Part shown: positions 34,664 through 42,158 of the stretch, in pieces | How positions within the stretch are numbered: the stretch's first letter is position 1 | How the letters are laid out: the number at the start of each line of letters is the position of its first letter | From: Vulcanimicrobiota bacterium | GTDB lineage: Bacteria > Vulcanimicrobiota > Vulcanimicrobiia > Vulcanimicrobiales > Vulcanimicrobiaceae | Assembly (NCBI GenBank): GCA_963795855.1 | Contig: CAWCIZ010000003.1 | Location: 1 to 64,000 of the forward strand | DNA: 64,000 bases | Reading direction: 5' to 3' | Made by a program: the position numbers and the translations under genes | Notes under the pieces: generated by a model | The model's database searches: none | What the model saw: the letters and a program-made list of their open reading frames with translations, nothing else | Told to the model about the DNA's origin: nothing

Positions 34664-35054
34664 ATGCTCCTGGTCCGGACGGTCATTTCGGTGTTATGCG
34701 CCACAGGGTTTTACGCTTCCGTTTTTATGCTGCGCAAGAGCGTGCGCGCGGCACAGGGCGGCCTCACCGAGCCAAGTGTCGTCGAAACGGAGCGGGCGAC
34801 GCTCTTCTTCGGTATGCCGAATTCTTTGTTCGGCATACTGTACTACGTCGCGCTGACGGCGCTCGCGTGGAGCGGAATTTTTTGGGCAGCCGCTGCAGCG
34901 CTGGCTGCAGCGCTGCTCGCCGCATGCACCTCACTGTACTTGGCTTACAGTCTGCTTTACATCACCAAACGCAGACTGCCTGTATTGCTGGACTGCGCAT
35001 GCGGTCAACTGGGCGTTGCTCGCGGCAGTCCCATGGCTGTTGGTCCTACGCTAG
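34664..35054 (+). CDS. Vitamin K epoxide reductase (VKOR) family protein; frameshift near 34973
   Basis: FGMPNSLFGILYY and SLYLAYSL. Shifted frame gives DCLYCWTAHAVN (CxxC) to TAG 35052-35054. GAGGAGG SD upstream. Confidence 0.8.
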
Positions 35055-35104
35055 CGCGCAAACGCCCCTTGTTTGCGCGAGGCCTGCGTGGGTATCATCG
35101 AAGC

Positions 35105-35211
35105 ACATTCCCACTGGAATGGCGCTGCCGGGTTTTCGGGAGTCGAGTCTCCCGCCGGTGTCTCGTGGCAAACACAAAAGGCCGCGCGTGCGCGCGGCCT
35201 TTTGCCTTGTT
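35105..35211 (+). ncRNA. Candidate structured small RNA (unassigned family)
   Basis: TTGTTT-N18-TATCAT promoter-like pair (35069-35098), several hairpins, an intrinsic terminator, and no plausible CDS in a convergent intergenic gap. Confidence 0.4.
35175..35204. terminator. Bidirectional intrinsic terminator
   Basis: CAAAAGGCCGCGCG-TG-CGCGCGGCCTTTTG perfect inverted repeat with A/T tracts on both sides, between convergent units. Confidence 0.85.
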
Positions 35212-35778
35212 TCAGCTCTGCAGGTTGTAGACCGACGCGAGATCGTGCATCGCGGTATTGAGAATCGCGTGATAATCTGCGTCCGCCGCGATGCCGTACT
35301 TGGTATCGATGTCTTTCATCACTTGCACGTGAATCGGATGCGACACCGCGCGATCGAGCATCACTTCGACGTTGAATCCGCTGCCGGTTTGTCCGGCGCC
35401 CCACAGCGCTGCGGCAAGCGCGCTTCCGTTGTGCGGATCGGGATCGGGCTTGCTCGGAAGCATGACGTGCTTTTCGTTCACGATCTTGAGCGAATCGCTA
35501 ACGACGTACTGGAAGACGTTCAGGAAATTCGAGACCTTCTGTTGGCCGTATTGTTTGGTCAGTTTGCCGACTTCCGCGTTGAATTTATCGCCGGTGAGCG
35601 TTTTGAGCAGCGTGACGGTTTTGAAATTCGACGGGCCGCCGCCGGCCATCACCATCGAAAGCGTAACGCGCAGCGCGGGTGGGCCTGTGTATACGCCGGG
35701 ACCGGAGAAGCGCGACGGCTGCATGGTAACGTTGGGCATTGCCGCGAGCAGGACGATCGCGGCCAGCTTGAGGAGCAC
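35212..35778 (-). CDS. Secreted protein of unknown function (His/Asp-rich C-terminal half)
   Basis: 188-aa ORF, hydrophobic N-terminus, AAGGA SD, host-like codon usage, ends at the terminator. Confidence 0.75.
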   Translation of the reverse strand: MLLKLAAIVLLAAMPNVTMQPSRFSGPGVYTGPPALRVTLSMVMAGGGPSNFKTVTLLKTLTGDKFNAEVGKLTKQYGQQKVSNFLNVFQYVVSDSLKIVNEKHVMLPSKPDPDPHNGSALAAALWGAGQTGSGFNVEVMLDRAVSHPIHVQVMKDIDTKYGIAADADYHAILNTAMHDLASVYNLQS

Positions 35779-35820
35779 TATGCGATCCTTTCCGGAGCGA
35801 ACTCCGAGGTAGCAGAACGA

Positions 35821-36276
35821 TTACGTCGTCCTAACGGGAGAGTCGCCGGTTTGGATTTGGCCGATCATCGCGGCGTATTTCGGGTCCGAGGTCGGGGCTG
35901 CGCCGAACCATGCATCGAGCATGGCCTTCGCAATTGGAAGTGCCGTACTGCGCAAACTGAGCGCCAGCACGTTCGCGTCGTTCCACGTGCGCGCGCCGGC
36001 GGCCGTTTCCGCATCGCAGCAGAGCGCCGCGCGAACGCCCGGAACTTTGTTCGCGGCGATGCTCACGCCGGTGCCGGTCCAGCAGCACACAATGCCGAAT
36101 GCACATTCGCCCGACGCAACCGCTTGGCCGACGCAGCGTCCGACGTTCGGCCATGCATCGTCACCTTCTCGTGCGAGAACGCCGAAGAGCGCGACGTCGT
36201 AGCCGCGCTCGCGCAGGTTTCGGTCTAAGAAAGCGGTGAGTTCGGTCGCCTCGTCGCTTCCCAGCGCGATGCGCAT
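35821..36276 (-). CDS. RpiB/LacA/LacB family sugar-phosphate isomerase
   Basis: MRIALGSD, CWTGTGVSIAANKVPGVRAALC, NDANVLAL. Confidence 0.88.
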   Translation of the reverse strand: MRIALGSDEATELTAFLDRNLRERGYDVALFGVLAREGDDAWPNVGRCVGQAVASGECAFGIVCCWTGTGVSIAANKVPGVRAALCCDAETAAGARTWNDANVLALSLRSTALPIAKAMLDAWFGAAPTSDPKYAAMIGQIQTGDSPVRTT

Positions 36277-36283
36277 ACCGCTT

Positions 36284-36691
36284 TTAGTGTGCGTTCTTCA
36301 CCACGATCATGTCGGCGTTCAGCGACCCGTCGGAATTCGCGCGCCCGCGCACGTCAACGGTATCGCCGGACTTTATGCTCCAGCCGCGCGGATTGATCAC
36401 CGTGCCCCGGTGCAGATGAATTTCACGGTACCGATCGAGCTGCATCTTCACTTGCATGTCGTAGCCGCGGTAATAGGTCACCGTGCCGTACGACTCGTTG
36501 TCGCTCCACCCGAAGGCGGAGCGCACGATGTTGCTGAGCGCGTTGACGGCATCCTGACCGATGTTCGGCGGAACGCTGGGAATGGGCGTCGGTGCCGGAG
36601 TTGCAGCCGGAGATGCCTGCGTTGCGGCAACCGCGGGAAGCGCAAGCGCGAACAGGACGGCGGTAGCGGCAGCGACAAATCGCGTAGTCAT
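36284..36691 (-). CDS. Secreted hypothetical protein, P/T linker plus probable OB-fold
   Basis: Signal peptide ending AVA, ATPAPTP linker, LHRGTVINPRG...GDTVDVRG...DGSLNAD. Confidence 0.7.
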   Translation of the reverse strand: MTTRFVAAATAVLFALALPAVAATQASPAATPAPTPIPSVPPNIGQDAVNALSNIVRSAFGWSDNESYGTVTYYRGYDMQVKMQLDRYREIHLHRGTVINPRGWSIKSGDTVDVRGRANSDGSLNADMIVVKNAH

Positions 36692-36728
36692 ACTGCTGTA
36701 ACGCTATGCTGCGCGATGAGGTTCCCGT

Positions 36729-37544
36729 TTGGTTCGCCTAGCCGCCACGGTCATGCTCGTCCGCCCCGCGGGCGAGGATGGGCTGGAGGTCTTCATGCTT
36801 CGCCGCAGCGAGGCGAGCCATTTCGTCCCGGACGTCTACGTTTTTCCCGGCGGAACGCTGGATGCGACCGACTGCTCCGAGGCGGCCCTTGCTCGCGCGC
36901 GCGGGTTGGATGACGAAAATCTGCGCCGGCAATTTCGAGCGCAGCCTGCGCCGGCTCTGCCGGCGCCGTTCGGTTCACCGCCGCGACGCGAAGCAGCCGG
37001 CTTGCTGATCGCAGCGTTGCGTGAGCTGTACGAAGAGGCGGGCGTGCTGCTCGCGTGCGACGAGCACGGTGCGGCACTTTCCGATGCGCAGCTCGCGCCG
37101 CAACGCCACGAATTGCAGGAAGCTCGCGCGCACGTGCAGCGCGGCGAACTTCCCTTTCACGAATTGCTCGCGCGGGTGGGCGCGTACGCAAACGGCCGCG
37201 CGCTCTCGCTGTTCTCGCATTGGATCACGCCGCCCGGATTTCCCCGGCGATATGACGCGCATTTCTTTCTCGCTGAAGCTACCGCGGATCAGGCGGCGGT
37301 CGCCGACGCGCATGAAACGCATGACGGGATTTGGATTCAGCCGCATCTCGCGCTGCAAGAATGCGCGGCCGGAACGTTCCGCATGGTGTACCCGACGATC
37401 AAACACGTCGAGCGTCTCACGCAATTCCACAGCACCGACGAACTCTTCGCGTTCGCCGACGTGAAACCGATCTACAGCATCATGCCGGAGATGCCGGGCG
37501 ACCGCGAATTCTCGATGCCGCCGGAACTGGAATACACCTGGTGA
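36729..37544 (+). CDS. NUDIX hydrolase (NUDT19-like)
   Basis: AATVML, VFPGG, AALRELYEEAG, HWITP...RRYDAHFF. True start may be ATG 36716 with one extra T. Confidence 0.88.
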   Translation: MVRLAATVMLVRPAGEDGLEVFMLRRSEASHFVPDVYVFPGGTLDATDCSEAALARARGLDDENLRRQFRAQPAPALPAPFGSPPRREAAGLLIAALRELYEEAGVLLACDEHGAALSDAQLAPQRHELQEARAHVQRGELPFHELLARVGAYANGRALSLFSHWITPPGFPRRYDAHFFLAEATADQAAVADAHETHDGIWIQPHLALQECAAGTFRMVYPTIKHVERLTQFHSTDELFAFADVKPIYSIMPEMPGDREFSMPPELEYTW

Positions 37545-38464
37545 AGACGCGCATCGTCCCGGTGCGCGCGCCGAATCCGTCGGCCATGACGTTGACCGGC
37601 ACGAACAGTTACTTGATCGACTGCGGAAACGGCGAGGCGATCTGCATCGATCCGGGGCCTGCGATCGCGCGCCATGTCGCCGCACTTCTGGACCAGGCTG
37701 CGAAAATGGAGTGCCGGATCGTGCTGATAGCGCTCACTCACACGCATCCCGATCACGCGCCGGCGGCAATCGCGCTCGCAGAGCAAAGCGGCGCGCCGAT
37801 CGCGGCGCACGCGCGTACGGAGTTTCCGCACACCAGAGATCTGCACGACGGCGAGGCCCTGCAAATCGGCACGGCGACCGTGTCGGCGATCGAGGCGCCC
37901 GGGCATACGTTCGATCATCTCGTGTTCTACGAAGAATCCGAACGCGCGCTCTTCACCGGCGACGTCGTGCTCGGTGAAGGCTTCGTCGTGATCGCTCCGC
38001 CGAACGGCGCGATGCGTCCCTACCAGGAAACGCTGCAGCGCCTGCTCGACGACTTTCCCCACGCGAAAACCATCTTCGGCGGACACGGCGAACCGGTGAC
38101 CGATCCGCAAGCCAAGCTGCGCGAATACATTGCGCATCGGCGGTCGCGCGAGCACGAGGTTCTCACCGCGCTGCGACGCGGACCGCTGACGATTCCTGAT
38201 TTGGTGCGTACGATCTATAGTGAGACGAACCGGGCGCTTTGGCCCGCCGCCGCTCGTCAACTGCTTGCGTACCTGATTCCGCTCGAACGAGAACGCACGA
38301 TCGTCTCGCGGGAGCTCCAGCGGCCGATGACTGACGAGGAACGGGCTATCCTCAATCCCGATTGGGAAACGATCGTCGGCAAGGAGCATGCGCGAACCGT
38401 CGAGGAGGAACTCGGCGCGATGCTGCGTTTGGATGCGGTGCGCGAGTATCGCCTCTTGAACTAA
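37541..38464 (+). CDS. MBL-fold metallo-hydrolase (LACTB2-like)
   Basis: APNPSAMTLTGTNSY, THTHPDH, PGHTFDH, FTGD, GHG. Confidence 0.9.
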   Translation: MKTRIVPVRAPNPSAMTLTGTNSYLIDCGNGEAICIDPGPAIARHVAALLDQAAKMECRIVLIALTHTHPDHAPAAIALAEQSGAPIAAHARTEFPHTRDLHDGEALQIGTATVSAIEAPGHTFDHLVFYEESERALFTGDVVLGEGFVVIAPPNGAMRPYQETLQRLLDDFPHAKTIFGGHGEPVTDPQAKLREYIAHRRSREHEVLTALRRGPLTIPDLVRTIYSETNRALWPAAARQLLAYLIPLERERTIVSRELQRPMTDEERAILNPDWETIVGKEHARTVEEELGAMLRLDAVREYRLLN

Positions 38465-38468
38465 AAGC

Positions 38469-39440
38469 TTACGGTATGCGCAGCACGATTTTGCCGAACT
38501 GCCCGGCCTGGCTCATGCGCTCCGCAGCAGCGACGACGTCGCCCATGTCGTACGCGCGATCGACGACCGGCGTAATGCGATGCCGTGAAACGAACTCGAG
38601 CATGGCGCGGAAATCCGCGGGACTTCCCATCGAGCTGCCGCGAATGTCCAGCTGATTCCAGAACACGGGAAACATTCGGATCTTCGCATCGCCGTTCGTG
38701 CCGCCGTACGTTACGACGCGGCCGCCGGGGCGCACGACGGCGAGCGCTTTGGCGAACGTGTCGCCGCCTGCGGAATCGATCACGAGGTCGATCGCACCCG
38801 CGCCCTTTCGCACCGATTTATGCCAGTCGGGATCGGTTTTGTAGTTCACCACGACGTCGGCGCCGAGCGATCGTGCGCGTTCGAGCTTTTCATCGCTCCC
38901 CGATGTGACGGCGATTCGTGCGCCGATAGCTTTGGCGTAGAGGAGCACGAACGTTTGCACGCCTCCGCCGATGCCCGTGATCAACACCGTTTCTCCGCCC
39001 TGCAACTCTCCGCGCGTAAACGCGGCGCGGTACGCGGTGACGCCGGCCAGCGGCAGCGCAGCGGCTTCTTCGAACGAAAGATGCGCGGGCTTCGCATGTA
39101 CGTTTTCTCGCGGCACCGCCACGTATTGCGCGAAGGTGCCGTCGCGGGGCACGCCGAGAATCCGCGCGTCGGGCGTCCACACGCGTTCGTCCGGGCCCCA
39201 CCCGATCGTCGGATCGATGACGACGGCATCCTTGCCGGCGTCGCCGGCGCCGTCGGCCCCCAGCGTGCACGGGAGCGCTACGTTCGGATACAGGCCGTGC
39301 GTGATGAAGACGTCCCGGTGGTTCAATGAGGCGGCGCGCACGCGCACGAGCGTTTCGCCATCGCGCGGCTCCGGCTGCGGCGCGTCCTCGACAATCAGGT
39401 TCTTCGGCCCGCCTATCTCGTGTAACCGTACGGCTCTCAT
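38469..39440 (-). CDS. MDR-family NADPH:quinone oxidoreductase / zinc-binding dehydrogenase-like
   Basis: AASLNHRD, LGADGAG, EEAAALPLAGVTAYRA, TGIGGGV, FGKIVL. Confidence 0.88.
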   Translation of the reverse strand: MRAVRLHEIGGPKNLIVEDAPQPEPRDGETLVRVRAASLNHRDVFITHGLYPNVALPCTLGADGAGDAGKDAVVIDPTIGWGPDERVWTPDARILGVPRDGTFAQYVAVPRENVHAKPAHLSFEEAAALPLAGVTAYRAAFTRGELQGGETVLITGIGGGVQTFVLLYAKAIGARIAVTSGSDEKLERARSLGADVVVNYKTDPDWHKSVRKGAGAIDLVIDSAGGDTFAKALAVVRPGGRVVTYGGTNGDAKIRMFPVFWNQLDIRGSSMGSPADFRAMLEFVSRHRITPVVDRAYDMGDVVAAAERMSQAGQFGKIVLRIP

Positions 39441-39516
39441 GCTCCGGCTTTCTATCCGCGCCGCGCCGGTCATCCTCTGGAGCTGGAACGCGACCCATGG
39501 TAAACTCATTTTAGTC

Positions 39517-39960
39517 ATGGGTCGAACGCTCGTTTCGCTTTTGAATACCGCCGCGGCCGTACCGGACCCGCTGGAAACCCCCCTCGGTGCGGCGCGGTGG
39601 TGGGCTGAAGTACTTCGCGCATGCCCGCCGGCCGTGGACGCGGGGAAACCGCGATTCGACGCAAGCTTGGCGGCCGCTCTGCGAAACGCGCGAGCCTGGG
39701 TCGAGGGTGTTCTCGCCCGCGGCGGGAGAGAGGCGGCGCTGCGCTTTCGCGGCGACGCGGCCGACGCGATGCTTTTCGAAATAGCCTACGCGGTGCGCGC
39801 GGCGCTGGAACGCGGGGACCTCGAACGCATCCGCCGCTGTGCCGGGCAAGCGTGCGCGCGGTACTTCTTCGACGAAACGAAGAACGGGTCGCGCCGCTGG
39901 TGCTCGCTGCGATGTATGGAGCGGGCGCGAACGCCGCGGCGGCGTACAATACCCCGGTGA
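39517..39960 (+). CDS. ABATE/CGNR zinc-finger protein
   Basis: SLLNT...DPLETP N-terminus; RIRRCAGQACARYFFDETKNGSRRWCSLRC. Confidence 0.8.
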   Translation: MGRTLVSLLNTAAAVPDPLETPLGAARWWAEVLRACPPAVDAGKPRFDASLAAALRNARAWVEGVLARGGREAALRFRGDAADAMLFEIAYAVRAALERGDLERIRRCAGQACARYFFDETKNGSRRWCSLRCMERARTPRRRTIPR

Positions 39961-40196
39961 ACTTCAACAAGTATTTCAAGGGGTTGGCCAAGGTCACGAG
40001 GACGTTTTCGATTGAGATCGGACCGCTTCGAGCGCAGGGCGTTCCGGCCGTGCTGGTCGGCGTGACCGGCATCATCCTCGCGGCCGGCGCGGCGCGTGCG
40101 GTCATGCAGAGCTCCGGCAGCCTTCCCGAAACGCTTCGCGAGGCGCGTTCGCTCGCGCTCGCCATGCGCGCCGACGTGCGCAAACTGCCCTCGTAA
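39957..40196 (+). CDS. Small membrane hypothetical protein (79 aa)
   Basis: GTG 6 nt after TACAAT; TM segment GVPAVLVGVTGIILAAGAA; directly precedes bolA. Confidence 0.6.
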   Translation: MNFNKYFKGLAKVTRTFSIEIGPLRAQGVPAVLVGVTGIILAAGAARAVMQSSGSLPETLREARSLALAMRADVRKLPS

Positions 40197-40205
40197 CGTC
40201 AAGCC

Positions 40206-40442
40206 ATGATCGACAACGAATCGCTGACCACGCTGATCCGCGCCGGCATTCCGGACGCGCAAGTCAACATCGTCGACCGCACCGGCACGATGGATCACTT
40301 CAACGTTACCGTGCGTTCGCGGGCATTTGCGGGAAAGACGCTGATCGAACAGCATCAACTCGTTTACGGTGCGCTCAAAGGCGCGCTCAAAGACGGCCGC
40401 GTTCACGCGGTGGAACTCAAAACACTGGTGGGAAATGACTGA
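40206..40442 (+). CDS. bolA: BolA/IbaG family protein
   Basis: DHFNVTVRSRAFAGKTLIEQHQLVYGAL...VHAVELKT. Confidence 0.9.
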   Translation: MIDNESLTTLIRAGIPDAQVNIVDRTGTMDHFNVTVRSRAFAGKTLIEQHQLVYGALKGALKDGRVHAVELKTLVGND

Positions 40443-40791
40443 TCATCTGAAACAAGAAATCGAACGCGAAGTCGCGGCGAACAAAATTCTCGTGTACGGC
40501 AAAGGCACGAAGGCGATGCCGCGCTGCGGGTTCACGCTCGAAACCATCGAATTCTTCGACCACTTCGGCTATCCGTTCGAAGTCGTCGACGTGCTCGAAA
40601 ACATGCCCAAGCGCGAAGCGCTCGCCGAAATGACGAACTGGCCGACGCTGCCGAAGGTGTTCATCAACGGCAAGTTCTACGGCGACACGGACATCCTGGG
40701 TCCGATGGTGCAGAGCGGCGAGCTGCAGAAAGTGCTCGAAGAAACGTTCGGACACGCCGGCGCTCCCAAGACGACCATCAATCTGCACTAA
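40435..40791 (+). CDS. grxD: Monothiol glutaredoxin (Grx4/GrxD-like, CGFT)
   Basis: KGTKAMPRCGFT, WPTLPKVFINGKFYGDTD. Confidence 0.85.
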   Translation: MTDHLKQEIEREVAANKILVYGKGTKAMPRCGFTLETIEFFDHFGYPFEVVDVLENMPKREALAEMTNWPTLPKVFINGKFYGDTDILGPMVQSGELQKVLEETFGHAGAPKTTINLH

Positions 40792-40796
40792 CGGGC

Positions 40797-41642
40797 GTGT
40801 TGAAAAACACGACGATCGTCGGCGTCGACGAACTGTTCGCGCATCTGCGCGACCCGAATTGGGTCGTCATCGACTGCCGCCATTTACTCCAAGACTTCGG
40901 CGCCGGCGGGCGCATGTACCAGGCGGCGCATATTCCGGGCGCATTTTTCGCGTCCGCGGAAGACGAATTGTCCGGTGAGAAAACCGGCAAGAACGGACGT
41001 CACCCGCTGCCCGATCCGGAGCGCTTCGCAGCGTTCCTGCGCGAGCTCGGCGTGAACCGCGACACGCAGATCGTCGCGTACGATGCCGGCGCCGACATGT
41101 GGGCCGCGCGCTGCTGGTACGACTGCCGCTATATCGGCCACGACGCCGTTGCAGTGCTGGACGGCGGTTTCGCGGCGTGGTGGGGCATGAATAAACCCGT
41201 GAGCGCCGAGGTTCCACGCCGCCCCGGCGGCGGCAACGTCACTGCAAATCCGCAGCGAGCGTTGGCAGTGGACGTCGACGCGGTACTGCAATCGCTGCAA
41301 TCGAAAGCGTTTTCGCTCGTCGACGCGCGCGGAAGCGATCGTTTTCAAGGACGCAACGAAACCGCCGATCCGGTCGGCGGACATATTCCCGGTGCGGCGA
41401 ACCGGCCATTCCGCGCCAATTATACGGGACCGTTCGGACAATTCAAATCGGCGCAGGAATTGCGCGGCGAGCTCGAAGCGCTGGGTTCGCCCGAGCGCGT
41501 GGTGCACCAGTGCGGCTCCGGCGTGAGCGCAACGGTGAATTTGCTCGCAATGGAGATAGCGGGCCTTACCGGATCGCGCGTTTATCCCGGTTCGTGGAGC
41601 GAATGGTGCGCGGATCCTTCGCGGCCCATGGTGACGAACTAG
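40797..41642 (+). CDS. sseA: Tandem-rhodanese sulfurtransferase (SseA/MST-like)
   Basis: HIPGA x2, GRHPLP, LDGG, CGSGVSA, YPGSWSEW. Confidence 0.9.
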   Translation: MLKNTTIVGVDELFAHLRDPNWVVIDCRHLLQDFGAGGRMYQAAHIPGAFFASAEDELSGEKTGKNGRHPLPDPERFAAFLRELGVNRDTQIVAYDAGADMWAARCWYDCRYIGHDAVAVLDGGFAAWWGMNKPVSAEVPRRPGGGNVTANPQRALAVDVDAVLQSLQSKAFSLVDARGSDRFQGRNETADPVGGHIPGAANRPFRANYTGPFGQFKSAQELRGELEALGSPERVVHQCGSGVSATVNLLAMEIAGLTGSRVYPGSWSEWCADPSRPMVTN

Positions 41643-41645
41643 CCG

Positions 41646-42137
41646 CTAGCGTTTCTGCGCAGGCGGAACCGCAAACGGTTTGGCGACTTTGCCGGCCGGT
41701 GAAGCCATGAGCCGCTCGAGGTCCTGCGGCGTCGGCTCTTGCGAAACGTCGCGCGCGGAATCGACGAAACAATAAAACCCGAACGGTTCGTCGCCGCGAT
41801 TGACGAATTGATGCACTTCGAGCGGCGCGACGTAAACGACGTCGTGTTCCGCGATTTCCTCGAGCGTGTCACCGACGATCGCGTAGCCTTTCCCGCGCTT
41901 CACGATGACGAAATGCTCGTGTTCGTGTTTCTCAAGGCGCGAAACGGCCCCGCGCTGTAATTCGAAATAGCGCAATTCCTTGGACGGCCCCGGTTCGGTC
42001 GCGACGGATTTGCGACCGCCGACGATGGTGTGGCGCTCCACGCCGACCGCCGCACCCGGGCGATATCCCTCGACGGGTACACCTTCCCAACCATGTTCCT
42101 TGGCGCGTATGACGCGTTTCTGCTTGGTGATTTCCAT
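41646..42137 (-). CDS. Cupin domain protein
   Basis: LRYFE...SRLEKHEHEH...G.G...HQFVN...PFGFYCFVD. Confidence 0.85.
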   Translation of the reverse strand: MEITKQKRVIRAKEHGWEGVPVEGYRPGAAVGVERHTIVGGRKSVATEPGPSKELRYFELQRGAVSRLEKHEHEHFVIVKRGKGYAIVGDTLEEIAEHDVVYVAPLEVHQFVNRGDEPFGFYCFVDSARDVSQEPTPQDLERLMASPAGKVAKPFAVPPAQKR

Positions 42138-42158
42138 GAACGGCTCCAGCATAGCACA

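Noticed and set aside
35137..35160. tRNA or tmRNA 3' end (GGGAG-TCGAGT-CTCCC resembles a T-arm)
   Set aside because: The loop lacks TTCG, and there is no cloverleaf, acceptor stem or CCA. Kept only as part of the unassigned sRNA candidate.
36729..38464. NUDIX plus MBL-fold pair as a novel system
   Set aside because: This adjacent or fused pair is widespread in bacteria, and nothing distinguishes this copy.
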